Positions 43,221 through 58,190 of a stretch of DNA of 64,000 nt are shown one piece after another (positions within the stretch are counted from its first letter, which is position 1; each line of letters starts with the position of its first letter). The notes beneath the pieces were generated by a model, which did no database searches, was not told where the DNA came from, and saw nothing but the letters and a program-made list of their open reading frames with translations. Origin of the DNA: Eledone cirrhosa. Taxonomy: Eukaryota. The translations under genes were made by a program, and so were the position numbers. Location of the stretch: NCBI GenBank assembly GCA_964016885.1, contig OZ024746.1, positions 79,174,001-79,238,000 on the forward strand, given 5' to 3'.

Positions 43221-43368
43221 ATATATATATGTATATATATATATGTATATATACGTATATATGTATATATAGATATATTTGTGTGTGTGTATGTGTGTGC
43301 ATATATATTTATATATATGCACACATACACACACACGCACACACACGCACACACACACATACATATAT

Positions 43369-43636
43369 ATAAGGGCATTAACTCCAACATAGCTTTGCAT
43401 ATGAAATGCGTGAAGATGTATATCTGGCAACATACGGTTTATAAATAAGCATTTTGAAAGCCTTCTGTGCCCATACTTAGCTTCTGTTTGAATACACTAG
43501 ATGGCGCTATGCTGTCAGTTTTCAAATTCATAGCGGAAGGATTTCAAAATGTTTATTCATAACCATACCGTATATCGTCAGATATACAACTTCACGTATT
43601 TTATATACAAAGATATGTTAGAGTTAATGCCCTTAT
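43369..43636. mobile_element. MITE-like element with ~95-bp imperfect TIRs
   Basis: ataagggcattaactc..gagttaatgcccttat. Confidence 0.7.
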
Positions 43637-44340
43637 TTTATCCCCGGATGAGCCAGACGTACCCTTATATCCAAATTTGACTGATCAGCCAATGTAAATA
43701 GGCTTCTAAACTATATGTATTAGCTTATATTAAGTTCCAGCAGCAAGCGGTCAGCAGTACCAGTTTGATAACGACCAAAGTCAGAAATGATGACGTCATC
43801 ATCACTGGTTGCCCGTAGCACTTAGCTTTTGTTGCTGCAATAAGAAGTTCTCTTTTCAATCACAGGTTCCTAGGTTCGAACCCTACATTTGTCCGTGTAA
43901 ATATTTATTTCACCAAAGTTACGCATAAACGTAATCCTCTATTTTGGGGGTACAAATATGGTGAATATTGTATGTAATTATATTCGTGAAATATCTTATT
44001 GGAATAAACATCGTATCTTCTATCACTTCTAGGTATCAGGAATAAACATAAACTATAAGGTTTCTCTTATCCAATGACGGTTGTTTAGGCAGAGTTGTTA
44101 GAGGATTGGATGTTTGTTCTGGGTTTCTGAATACAAATCGTACCGGAAGTACTACCACAGTTCAGGTGCAACCATCTCACACTCCAGCTACAACATACTG
44201 GATGGTCTACTTAATCAAGTGAGGGTCGAGAGAGTGTTTGTGTCTACTCACGACTGAGCTATTGGCCAAAGCATGACACATACTACCAAGTCGTAATCGA
44301 ATGTGAGTGATGGCTGTAGTTATACACACACACACGCACG

Positions 44341-44466
<126 letters not shown>

Positions 44467-45111
44467 AAAATGTATAAAAGTAAAGAAACATACATATTTT
44501 ATGATACAATCTTATTTCACATAGTAACTTAGAAGTGTTTGCTTTCTCTTGTTCTAAAGTTCAAGCAAACAAGTCGATTTTTTTCTCATAACATATTATA
44601 TAGATATATCCATTTTCTGATGAAAGATATATTTTTTGTAAGTTATCATCATGGAAAATATTTGTATTGGATATTTAATATTTCATAATACTGATTGACT
44701 AACTGCCAGCACTGTTACCCCATATAATAGTCTTTATGTAATATCATAATAAAAAGGCCATTAGTGATTAATTTAGCAAACTGAAATCTAATCCATCAAT
44801 TGGTATTGGAGCGGCAATGGTCTGTGATTTATGTAATAAAAGACGGCACCCAATCAAAACCAAAGGTGAAAGCTGTTTAGTTTCGAAGGTCGATGAAGTG
44901 TATCATTTGGAAATATGGATAAAGTATCCACATTCTGCTTTATGTTGCCCTAAGGGAAATGAAAATGTCTCTTTTCGTTTCTGATGTTGCCAAAAAGTCT
45001 TCGTTTCTTCTACATTCAATTCAATTTTGAAGATTTAAGGATTTTATAAGAAATAATATGTATATGTATATCTATGTACCTATGTATGTATGTATGTATA
45101 TATGTATGTAT

Positions 45112-45396
45112 GTTCTTCTGGTTTTATAATTTCACAAAGTTTTACCAATAGAGAGAGAGTCGGTTTCTAACAGACACAAGACTCTCTCATTGGAATTTAC
45201 ACAACATCAACTAGGTAGATATGTATGTATGCATGCATGTGTAGATATGGATGTTATTGTATGTGTGGATGTGTATGTTTTGAGTTGTATGTGTGCATGT
45301 GTATATGCTTTGTATCTGTACATGTGTATATGCAGTTATTAGATGCAAAATTTTTTGAATGTTTTACATATTTTTACTGTTCCATTAATGGATTGT
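45112..45396 (-). mobile_element. 3' end of a second RLE-LINE family with (CATA)n tail
   Basis: QSINGTVKICKTFKKFCI* plus a UTR hairpin. Copies at 46858-47137(+) and 16263-16410(-). Confidence 0.6.
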
Positions 45397-45934
45397 ATGT
45401 ATGTATGTATGTATGTATGTATGTATGTGTGTATGTATGTATGTATGTATGTATGTATGTGTGTGTGTGTGTGTGTATGTATGTATATATGTAAGCATTA
45501 TGCTTACAACCATGCAGAGAAATGTGTATATATATATATATACATACGCATATATATCAGTATATATGTATGTACTGTGTGTATGTATATATGAATGTAT
45601 GCGTGTCTACATATATGATGGATGAGATAGTGATGATCACTGTAAGATCAGTGTACTTTTGATGTTAGCAGCTAAGCATTAAGATTGCTTTGAATTTTAT
45701 GACAGATTCTTAAATGCAAATTGACCACATCTTTGGCTTCCCCTCATCCTACCCAACCCAGTGTTCACCAACATTTGAAAGCTTGGTCTTAATGCCAAAT
45801 CGAACAGTTTGAAATAAACACTGCCTTCTCGCAAAAGGTCTTTGAATATTTCAATTTCAACTCCAAACGATTAACTTAAGAGAGGCATTGATCGCAACAT
45901 GTCATTGATAAAGAAACTGGCACGGCAGCGTAAT

Positions 45935-46328
45935 TGACGTCACTTCCGTATCACAACAATAAAGAATTCTGACTATCTGTGTTAATATGTGAGAAGAAAG
46001 AAGACTTTCTGAAGTGACTTCCTTGTGATTAACATAGTTAACCGAGAGATTGATTTAGGATACATTAAGTGAGGTTCGGAAGGAAAATAGGTATTTATTC
46101 ATTCATTTCCGAGTATGTCCCAAACAAACAGTGAGAAATATTGAAAAGAACAAAGTCTCATCGTAAAAGCAAAAGGCAGCTGTATTTTCTCTCTTTGACA
46201 TCGAAGTAGGTAGCGGCCATTTTGTGTAATACATATCAAAATTCGGATATTTCTGAAAGCCTGTATTATATAATTCATTATCTGTAGCTACGGTGTCGAT
46301 GTACAAAGTATACATTGCTAAAGTAAGT
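45935..46328 (+). promoter_or_regulatory. Candidate promoter/first exon: CRE-ETS composite, YY1-type motif, splice donor
   Basis: TGACGTCACTTCCG at 45935-45948, GCGGCCATTTT at 46213-46223 and GTAAGT at 46323, all in repeat-free sequence. Confidence 0.3.
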
Positions 46329-46406
46329 GTACATACACATCTTTATATGGCATATATTTATCTATATACATATGAGCATGCAATAATTACAGTGCCTACA
46401 GTTATG

Positions 46407-46468
<62 letters not shown>

Positions 46469-46596
46469 ACGTATATACATACATACATACATCGGATTAG
46501 TAACGTTTGTTAACCCAACCAATTAATGCTACTACAAATGTGTTCTTCCTCCGGCATCAGTTTATTTTAACCTATGCATTATACATACATGCATAC

Positions 46597-46824
46597 ATGG
46601 TGGCTGCCAACTCGTTTTCGAGTACGGCCACTACTTTATATCCATGTAGGAGAACCCCTACCGATGCGCTGAACGAGTGTGGCTTTTTAGTCCAGCCAGC
46701 GACTTGAAAACTCTGGTACAAACACTACACTTGTGACAATTATTGACACATAGTGCTGGGCCCACGGTACCATGTGACGACAAGTGCAGAGAGATCTCCA
46801 GATATAAAGCAATGCCTGTGCCGT
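46597..46824 (-). mobile_element. 3' fragment of the same RTE-derived element
   Basis: Reverse complement of ~1595-1822. ORF ends CHKCSVCTRVFKSLAGLKSHTRSAHR. Confidence 0.75.
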
Positions 46825-46857
46825 ACATACTTACATACATACATGACTAGTTAGGAA

Positions 46858-47137
46858 GTACAATCCATTAATGGAAGGGTAAAAATATGTAAAACATTCC
46901 AAAAATTCTGCATCTAATAACTGCATATACACTTGTGTATGCACATGCATATATACAACTCAAAACATCCACATCGACACATACAATAACATCCATACCT
47001 GCACACACATGCATGCAGACATGCATACATATTTACCTAGTTGATGTATAAATTCCAATGAGAGAGTCTTGTATCTATGTTAGAGACCGACTCTCTCTAT
47101 TGACAAACATTTGTGAAATTATAAAACCAGAAGAACA
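46858..47137 (+). mobile_element. Copy of the second RLE-LINE 3' end
   Basis: Reverse complement of 45112-45396. Confidence 0.6.
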
Positions 47138-47751
47138 TATATACATACACACATACATATGTATATACATACATATGTATTGTTATACTTCGGGAGGGAG
47201 ATGTTGCCAATAAAATAGACACAAGCACCTGTTGTGTTTCACTTTAATTTATTATCATAATTTCCCAGTCAGTTAGTTTAATAACCAGATGGTTGTTTAG
47301 TTATTGATTGTCATCAAAGCTCTTTCGTCACACATTCTGTGACTGACTACTTTTGTTGTTATTTTGTATCTCTGCTTTATTACACCATCTTGTTTTTGTG
47401 ACCTCTGTACTTGGCTGTCCACTCTGAGTCCTGCCACCCGAGTAAATGAATTTTGACGCGAAGGTCTGATATTATCAACGCATGTCGGTTGGTCGGTTGA
47501 CTTTACCACACCACTTTAAATATTAGTCCTTTAGTCCTAAACTGCATTCACAATATTATCTATAGATTTATCCCAGCATATATTATAGAAGTTATCCCAA
47601 CAATTTCAGGTTTCTAAACACCACCGAGAAGAAGATTTTGTCTAGTAATTGCTTGGATAACCGCAGTTGGGTTTTTAACACAGTACAATAGGTTTGTGAG
47701 AATCTACCTTACACATCACTCCATCACACACATATAAATGTGTGTGTATGC

Positions 47752-47792
<41 letters not shown>

Positions 47793-47949
47793 GTGGTAAG
47801 TGTGTGTGTGTGTGGGTGGGGGGTGTATGTTTGTGTGTGTGAGTGTGTATGTATCTGGTACTTCCATATATGTAACCAAATGTTTTATATGTTCAACCTA
47901 CCAGATAAGAGCACACCATTTACTCTTAACAAAATATTAGTACAATGTG

Positions 47950-47985
<36 letters not shown>

Positions 47986-48026
47986 GTGTGTCTGTGTGTG
48001 TCTGTGTGTGTATGTGTGTATATATA

Positions 48027-48073
<47 letters not shown>

Positions 48074-48483
48074 TTACACATGCATACAAGGAAGTACTTA
48101 TGTTAGTGTAGTGTTGATATCAATAGTTGTATGCATATTTAACTCAGATTAACAGCAACATTCAACGTAGTACAATAAACAAGATAACGTATCTTTACTA
48201 CATATTCTGTAGTATTGAAGTGTGTTACGATGTAATGTATAGCTTGCATAATAGTTGGTGATAGCTTCACCACCTATATAATGTCGGACATTTTACTGCG
48301 AGGAATAGACTCACAAACATAAACATACAGACACACACACACACACATACACTCACACACACACACATTTACACACACACACACAAACATACACACACAG
48401 GCACAGACAGACACACACAAACAAACACACACACATACACACGCGTACAAACGCACACATGCACACACACGCACACACACATA

Positions 48484-48533
<50 letters not shown>

Positions 48534-48657
48534 CGCACACACAGATTCACATACGCACGGACACATATATACGCATATACGCAAAAAACATTCCCTCACA
48601 AATAGCAATGGGTCGTCATTAACTCTATTAGCCTGTTGGTGTGGTGTATAGGGTGTA

Positions 48658-48755
<98 letters not shown>

Positions 48756-48759
48756 TATG

Positions 48760-48810
<51 letters not shown>

Positions 48811-48904
48811 ATATATGTATCTTTGTATGTATGTAAGTATGTATCGATGTACACGTGTGTCTGACTTTGTATACGCATATATCTATATATCTATCTATAT
48901 ATAC

Positions 48905-48980
<76 letters not shown>

Positions 48981-49017
48981 TATATACATATATATACATC
49001 TATCTATCTATATATAC

Positions 49018-49073
<56 letters not shown>

Positions 49074-49629
49074 GATGTGTATGGATACGTGTATATATAC
49101 ACACACATATATATATATACACATATATATATACACGTATCCATACCCATCTCTGTCCATATAGCCTTTAGTAAGATCTGATAATCTTCAGCGTTTCCTG
49201 TTATTGGAAAGTATCCACTTTAGAATCAGTGATAGTAGTCTGAATGTTAGCAGCTCTATCTGACCGCATGAAAATATACTTTTGTGGCAATAGATGGCGC
49301 AGCTAGCTAGTTTTTCAAATTCAATGAACATAGAGCTATCTATGGACAAACACGCATACACCCACAGTTAACAATCCTCTGGTACATCATACACACAAAC
49401 ATACAGACAGACAGGTATCACAAACATATTCACATACACATATACATACACATACACACATACACATATACACATATACACATATACACATATACACATA
49501 TACATATATACACATACAACTATATTTCCTTTAGTGTCGATGTATGGTCATAACACCAATCTCTATTTTTCTTACATTCCTAACTTTCTACCTATAGACA
49601 TATGTTATCAGACCCTCCATCTCAACTCA

Positions 49630-49667
49630 CCTTTTGAAAAGCAGAAGAACTGCGAAACCGGTAAAGG
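49630..49667 (+). ncRNA. Degenerate minimal hammerhead
   Basis: cctt-TTGAAAA-gcag aagaa ctgc-GAAA-ccgg-TA-aagg. Two core substitutions. Confidence 0.4.
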
Positions 49668-49795
49668 AACCAAATAAATATATATATTTTTTTAAATAAG
49701 ACTCCAGTTGCATTTTCGATTTCATCTCTTTTTCTTTATACTTCCACTCGTGTAGGACACCTCGGTTATTTTTCATTTTGTAAAAAAAACCTCAC

Positions 49796-49888
<93 letters not shown>

Positions 49889-49953
49889 TACCCTAAGTAT
49901 TGAGTACTTTGGTGCGTTATGGTCCACCTGGTTCCTTACCACATTTCCTTCGT

Positions 49954-49985
<32 letters not shown>

Positions 49986-50028
49986 CGAAACATAAGTCAA
50001 TTGCATGAACTCATAATCCTTTATTTGC

Positions 50029-50080
50029 TGCTATATATATTTCGATGATAGCCATTGAATGGCTATGACCTCATCAGGCA
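50029..50080 (-). ncRNA. Minimal type I hammerhead ribozyme
   Basis: tgc-CTGATGA-ggtcatagccat tca atggctatcatc-GAAA-tatata-TA-gca. Confidence 0.8.
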
Positions 50081-50362
50081 CTTAGTCAGTTCTTAGATAT
50101 GCCAGCTCTGTGTTTATAGTGTTGATGGTATCAGAGCCTTGGGACATATAGTTTGTACAAATATGTGTGTACATATATGTATATATATATATATATAAAT
50201 GTATATATATATATATAATCTATGTATAAACACATATTAGTACAATCTAACATATCCATATACAGACAGTATCTCTCTGTCTTTCGCTCTCTCTCTCTCT
50301 CACTCACTCTCTCTCTCTCTGTATATATATATTTATATGTATATATACATACATACATACAT

Positions 50363-50497
<135 letters not shown>

Positions 50498-50549
50498 CAT
50501 ATACATATATACATATATATATATTTATATAAATATATATATATGTATC

Positions 50550-50631
<82 letters not shown>

Positions 50632-50756
50632 CCGTCGAAACGGCTTGAGCTCAGCCGTCGGGGTCTTACTTGTTCCTATTACCCACTCTACTACCCTAAG
50701 TATTGAGTACTTTGGTGCGTCATGGTCCACCTGGTTCCTTACCACATTTCCTTCGT

Positions 50757-50812
<56 letters not shown>

Positions 50813-51559
50813 AACACACATACACACACATACACACACATACACACACTCACATGTTGCGCGCCTATAATGAAAGCTTTCCTTTTTCCAGTCCCTTACC
50901 GTAGTGTTTGCTAATACGTTAAATATGATCAGTCTGAGCATTGTTGAACAGACAATGTTTTGTCGAATAAACTTTTTTAAAGAGGACGAAATAAATAAAA
51001 GCACATTATGGAAACTATTCATCACTTATTTACTGACTGCGAATGGATATAAATATTGAAAACCATTGTTGCTAAATCATCCTTCAACCAGATGTATTTG
51101 GACGGCTGACTTCATCCTATGCTGTTGACAATATGGAACGAGTCTCGTTGTACATGGCCCTGGAGTTCAGGTTGTTGACTATAGATGAAGTAGCAAGTAT
51201 TTTTTTTTTTATTGTTTGCCTATTAAATCGTTCACAAAATACACGGCCATGCTAAAGTAATTTCACGATCCTCACTGGCATTTTAAGTCTAAAATTGCAT
51301 AATGATGAGCATAAAACAAATTCCCTTTTCCTGCCCTAGAAACAAATTGCATTGCAGATAGATAAAAACTGGAAGGTGAATAGCTATGGTTAACACAATA
51401 GTGACAATTTATTTCATATTTCAAATAAAACCATATATCATGCTGCCTTAATGTGCTTCTAAATGTGTTGGTTTATGTGTAATATATATATATATTTATA
51501 TTTTATGTGTAATATATATATAAATATATATAAATATAAATATATATGTATAAATGTAT

Positions 51560-51605
<46 letters not shown>

Positions 51606-51616
51606 GCATATGTGTG

Positions 51617-51648
<32 letters not shown>

Positions 51649-51776
51649 GAGAGATTTGATATGATTCCAGTTCCTCAGTGAAATAACAACCCAACTAGGA
51701 ACTGGGCATATCAGAGTATTGACAATATTATACACCTCAACAACATATGTACTTGTCTATACCACACTAATTCGGA

Positions 51777-51829
51777 CTGCCCGAAGAGGTCACAGCCAAA
51801 GATGGCTGTCACTGAAATATATATAGCAG
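51777..51829 (+). ncRNA. Minimal hammerhead, U4C variant, related to 50029-50080
   Basis: ctgc-CCGAAGA-ggtcacagcca aaga tggctgtcact-GAAA-tatata-TA-gcag. Confidence 0.65.
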
Positions 51830-51892
51830 CAATAAACGAAGCTAAATTTTAAACATTTGACTTTTTATTTAACTTTATTTTATATATATATA

Positions 51893-52143
<251 letters not shown>

Positions 52144-52327
52144 CGAAGGAAATGTGGTAAGGAACCAGGTGGACCATAACGCACTTAGGGTAGTAGAGTG
52201 GGTAATAGGAACAAGTAAGACCCCGACGGCTGAGCTCAAGCCGTTTCGACGGCTAATTCTGTACTCAATTCTGTACAGAATTAGCCGTCGAAACGGCTTG
52301 AGCTCAGCCGTCGGGGTCTTACTTGTT

Positions 52328-52368
<41 letters not shown>

Positions 52369-53115
52369 ATATATATGGGCATATGTGTCTATATACACAT
52401 ACGTATATATATTTATGCTCGCGCGCATGTGCATGGGTTGTTGCATATGTGTGTAGTGTTAACAATGCTTGTGATGTTGCCGCGCCTCACTCTAATGAGG
52501 TTGAATATACAGTTAGTTGTTTGTAGTGGTTGTGTATCGGAATTGATGTCTATCGCATTCACAAGGGAGTCATTTCAGAAGATCTTTAAAGCGACTAGGT
52601 TTGAAAACTGAGCATAGAGTTGTGTAAAGCAATTGAAAAAGTCCTTTATTAGCAACTGGCAATTGGTTGAAGAGAAGAAGTAGGCACGAGAGCGGAAGAA
52701 AGATTGATAGATTTGCATTTGCCAAATACAGACAGTAAATAGCTTTCAGACTTAATTAGTTGATTTCCACGAACACTACACGAAATCTATGTCTATTGAA
52801 TCTCCCACATTGAACTTTATATCACCGGCATTTGCAACTTGCAGTGAAATTTATCATGGCGACTGACTTTATTATCAGGTAGCAAGTAGAGAGCAGATGT
52901 ATACACACATTTGTGAGTGAAGTAGTATGTAACATACATACATATCTATAAATATATTCAAACATATTTCTTGAAGCTTTCTCATTCATATATACACAAG
53001 TCCAATTTCTTATAGGTATGACTACAGATGGATATACACACGCGCATACCCATTTTCACATATCTATAAACATGCATGAATATATACATATAAATTTCTG
53101 AAAATGTTCACATTA

Positions 53116-53148
<33 letters not shown>

Positions 53149-53300
53149 CACACATATATATATATATATATACATGTATAAATATATATATATACATGTA
53201 TAAATATATATATATATACATTTACACACACATATATATATATATGTAAATATATATATGCATAAATCTCTCTCTCTCCTTCTCTCTCTTTCTCCTCCTC

Positions 53301-53331
<31 letters not shown>

Positions 53332-54142
53332 GGTAGTTAGATAGATAAATCTAGATATAAGAGGATGTAGAATGCTCTGGTTCAGAAAATATCACCGATT
53401 ACATTCAGTTGCTATAAAATAACATAATAATCGGGCAATGACCCTTAGAGACGGTAAAATGTTACAGTAATCGCTACGAAGAAACAAAGTCCGGCTAGGT
53501 GTTCTAACCATTGAGCCTAGGGACCCTTGGCAACATCTTATTGGCACGTCAAGTATGAACTTTGTAGAAAATAAACGTATGACCATATGCCTCACTACAA
53601 ATTTCATACTTGACCACCCAATAAATTAAGGAGCTGAATCAAACAGCTTTCGAAAATAATACCAAACGATGTATGTATAGCTCAAATTTTCAAACTTAAG
53701 AAGTGCCGAAAAAAAAAGAAATTTATAAGGTGTATGATGTTCAGCTGCAGAAAATAAATGTATTTAAAATTAGTCGTTATAAAATAGTTTATAAAAATTG
53801 GGGATCAAATAATAGGAGGGGTAGCAATAATGGTCGGGTTTGGGCTTGAGAAATCGGTATTTGTATAGTGTACGTTCGTAAATAAGGGATTTCTTGTAAT
53901 GTTCTTCTTTTGTCATATATAATGTTTTTTTTTTTTTAATGTAAAATAAAATTATTATTTGATTCTCCAGCTGCTCTATCAATATAAATCACTTACAATA
54001 AAATTTCGCCGGAGAGAAATCAGCAAAATTTAATAAGCGGGTGTGGGGTGTGGGGTGTGGGATGGAATAAAACCCGTGGGTTAGAAAATCTGACAAATTA
54101 ATAAGCGGGTGGTGGGGACGATTATTCAAGACCTGAGATTAC

Positions 54143-54329
54143 GTGAATTATTGACTGACGTAAGAATAAAAACTCAATACCAAAGTAGAGTTTAAATATT
54201 CATTTATTATGGTTAAGCCTTGTTACTCTGGAGTTTCACCTGAATACTCACCAGACAAGACTGGTGATCCTGTGAGTGCGCAGGTGAACCTTTAGAGTAA
54301 CAAAGCTCACCAATAGCCATAATAAATTA

Positions 54330-54332
<3 letters not shown>
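54143..54332 (-). mobile_element. Fold-back PLE-like 3' end with hammerhead 3' half
   Basis: Minus strand reads GAAA-ctc ca gag-TA, with an imperfect inverted arm. Tail hairpin ACTC-TAC-tttg-GTA-TT-GAGT at 54172-54191. Related fragment at ~26870-26935. Confidence 0.6.
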
Positions 54333-54398
<66 letters not shown>

Positions 54399-54480
54399 GA
54401 GAAGAATAGAGTGCTGCGTGGTTGCACATGGGTTACATATGAAGGGGTTAACCGAACAAGGATGTGCGGTCCAAATAATG

Positions 54481-54704
54481 CAGGGGCGGTGGAAGTATTT
54501 CTGTATTCGGTGGATTTGAACAATTTAGTTGAAGTGATTAGTTTAGCTCTTTCCACTCTAAAATGGTCAGAAAACTTCAATATGCGATAAACATAACACG
54601 TACATATATTGTAGCACATATCCAAATAGATGTGTGTTTAGGTAGTTTGGGGAGAACATATAATTATTGGAGCGGGTCAAGGGCCCCCAGTTCCACCACC
54701 ACTG
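54481..54704. mobile_element. hAT-like MITE
   Basis: caggggcggtggaa..ttccaccaccactg. Second copy at ~26088-26314. No clear 8-bp TSD. Confidence 0.55.
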
Positions 54705-54818
54705 TATATATATAATTTTAAAAAAGTATGCTCCGTGCCCTTTCCTAAGAGGTTAATATATCAAGCTTCTTCGCATTTGGTAAGAAACTGGTATTATAGC
54801 CAATTTATTGATCCCCTA

Positions 54819-54874
<56 letters not shown>

Positions 54875-55345
54875 CATATATTTTAGTTTTGGTTATGCCA
54901 GGAGTGTAGCTGTACTGACCATACTTGGCCAATTGCGGGTTGGTGAGGCTATTTAACCCATAGCTTGGTAAACCAATTTCTACAGCTGAATGAACTGGAG
55001 CAACGTGAAATAAAGTGTTTTCTTCAAAAACACAACGCAAAGCCAGGTCCGAGAATCGAACGCACAACCTCAGAATTGTAAAGCCGAAGCTCTAACCACT
55101 AAGCCATGCATATATGGCTCCATATATGCCCAGACACACATATACCTTCATACACACATACATACACATACACTCACAAACACGCACATGTATATATAAA
55201 TATATAGTTTTCAACTAGTAAGTAATAACTATGCCTAATTTACATTAAGATGTAATTCTTTTGTAAATCTATCCAATTAGAAAAGCAGCCTGATATCTGT
55301 GATATCTATCAACTGACTCTGTATAGCTGTGTGATTGCGGACACC

Positions 55346-55493
<148 letters not shown>

Positions 55494-55566
55494 CAGCGAG
55501 ATCGTATTTCGGTGGCCGCCAATATATATATGTATGTGTGTGTGTATGTGTGTGTATGTGTGTGTA

Positions 55567-55609
<43 letters not shown>

Positions 55610-55809
55610 GTGTGGTGTATGTGTATGTGTGCATATACGCACACATATATCTATACTCACATATAAATGCATATGTATGTATATGTGTTCATATTTACGT
55701 ACTATATATATATATATAGGTGCGTACGTATGTATATGCGTATGTATGTACGTACATAGGATTGTTTGTACATACATACGTATGTATGTATGTATGTATG
55801 TATGTATGC

Positions 55810-55842
<33 letters not shown>

Positions 55843-56606
55843 TGTATGTATGTATGTATGTATGTATGTATGTATATATGTATGCATGTATGTATGTATG
55901 TATGTATATATGTATGCATACACATATCTATCTACACTATAACTCCATCACCATCACCACTGTTCCAGACATTGCAAAGCGAAAGATAAATTTAAGACTA
56001 GCCAAAAGCACAACTTTATAAGATATTGCTAAATGGTATTTTTCAAACTGGGGAAATTTCTTATCTCTACGGACAGACCCTTTCAGTATTTCGATAACTA
56101 CACTTAGGCACGAAAGAACATAATCACACCGAGATTTCTGTGATAAAACCTTCTATTGAAGAGAAGCTTTTAAGATGGCGTCGAATAATAACTCGAATGC
56201 TTCATAAGCAAATGAATAACCGACGGAGCAAAGGGCTTTAGGGAAAGAAAATTGAAATCATTCATAGGTGGATATTGTTTGCCGCTATTATTGTTATTGT
56301 TGTAGCAATTGTTATTGTTGTGCTTGACCGATTTTTGTTATTGTTATTGTTATTGTTGTAAGCATCAGCGTCTACGCCATCATAATTGTTTTTGTTGTTA
56401 TTGTGGCTTCCGTTGCTTATTGTTGTTGTTGTTGTTATTGTTATTGTTGTGCTTGACCACATTTTGTTATTTCTACTGTTAGTGTTGTTGTTGTTGTTGT
56501 CTTTAATAGGACTACTTTTGTGGTTGATATCGTTTTGTGCTTGACCACATTTTGTTATTTCTACTGTTATTGTTGTTGTTGTTGTTGTCGTTGCTGCTGC
56601 TACTGC

Positions 56607-56642
<36 letters not shown>

Positions 56643-56829
56643 CTTTAATAGGACTACTGTTGTGGTTGATATCGTTTCTGTTCTGTCTTTAATGGTGGTG
56701 TTGCTCTTACTTCTAGTGTTGCTACTACTATTGTTATTTCTGTTACCGCCATTGCTCCTGCTGATATTGTTGATGTCGCTACTCTTCTTATTACTTTCAT
56801 TGTTGCTGCTTGTATTCGTTTTTACTCTC

Positions 56830-57270
56830 GTTGCTGCTGCTACTGCTGGTGTTGCCGCTGTTAATGCTGCTACTGCTGGTGTTGCTGCAGTTGCTGCAGT
56901 TGCTGCTGCTACTGCTGGTGTTGCCGCTGTTGTTGCTGTTACTGCTGGTATTGCTGGTGTTGCTGCAGTTGCTGCTGCTACTGCTGCTATTGCTGGTGTT
57001 GCCGCTGTTGCTGCTGCTACTGCTGGTGTTGCTGCAGTTGCTGCTGCTACTGCTGGTGTTACCGCAGTTGCAGCTGCTGCTGCTACTGCTGGTGTTGCCG
57101 CTGTTGCTGCTGCTACTGCTGGTATTGCCGCAGTTGCTGCTGCTACTGCTGGTGTTGCCGCTGTTACTGCTGGTGTTGCCGCTGTTGCTGCTGTTACTGC
57201 TGGTATTGCCGCTGTTGCTGCTGCTACTGCTGGTATTGCCGCTGCTGCTGCTACTGCTGGTGTTGCCGTC
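56830..57270. repeat. ~24-bp GCT/GTT-based minisatellite
   Basis: Variants of gctgctgctactgctggtgttgcc. Confidence 0.9.
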
Positions 57271-57418
57271 TGTGTGGCTGTTATGGTTGGTGTCCAGCTG
57301 TAGAAGTATACTCATTACTGGTGTATTTTAACTTGAGCTGTATAGTCTCGCAGGGGAGAATGCCTTTTTGACTAAATTGATCACAAGATGTAAGTGTTAC
57401 TTATTTAACGACCCTGCA

Positions 57419-58190
57419 TTGATTGGCAGTATCGGTAGAGGGTCGGACGCCATGCTTTGACGCATAGAGTTACGGCCCTTGCCATTCTGAGTTCAAATCC
57501 CGCCGAGGTTAACTTTGCCTTTCATCCTTACGGGGTCGATACAATAAAGTACTAGTAACGTACTGGGTAATTGCTGGCCTTGTGCCAAAAGTAGAAACAA
57601 TTATTTTGAATGGCGGTGGATTGGCAGAATCGTTAGAGCGTCGGACACCATGCTTTGCAGCATAGAGTTATGGCCCTTTATGTTCTGATGTCAAATCCTG
57701 CGAAGGTTAGCTCTGCCTTTCATCCTTACGGGGTCGATACAATAAAGTACCAATAATGTACTGGGATTATTGCTTGCCTTGTGCCAAAAGTAGAAACAAT
57801 TATTTTGAATTCAGAAGGTACGGTGATAAAAACTAACCAATGTGAGGCAGTTAGTTTGATGTTCGATTACCTGGTGAACTCTTGTATCCCCAGTGATTGT
57901 TTCTATAACCATTTTATTGTAGAATGTACATACTATTATAACAAGGTGTATACTACTGATGGATTTTAAGCCTGACATAGATGGATTGGCAGAATCATTA
58001 TATCATCGAATAATATGCTTTATGGTTTTTATTTTCAGCTTTTTACTTCAATGTTCAAACCGCACCGAGGGCAACTTTGTCTTATAACCTTCTGGGGTTG
58101 ATAAAATAAAGTACCAGTAAAGTTCTGTGGTAGATTTATTAGACACCCTCAATCCAAATTGCTGGACTTGTACCCGAATTAGAATAAAGG
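57419..58190 (+). mobile_element. Head-to-tail SINE dimer (57419-57604, 57611-57805) plus a diverged copy (57981-58190)
   Basis: Same family as 18715-18900. Confidence 0.8.

Noticed and set aside
56662-57331. Ala/Val/Gly-rich ORF with hydrophobic N-terminus resembling an elastomeric or antifreeze protein
   Set aside because: Continuous with GTT/GCT simple repeats and open in several frames. Cannot be supported without transcript data.
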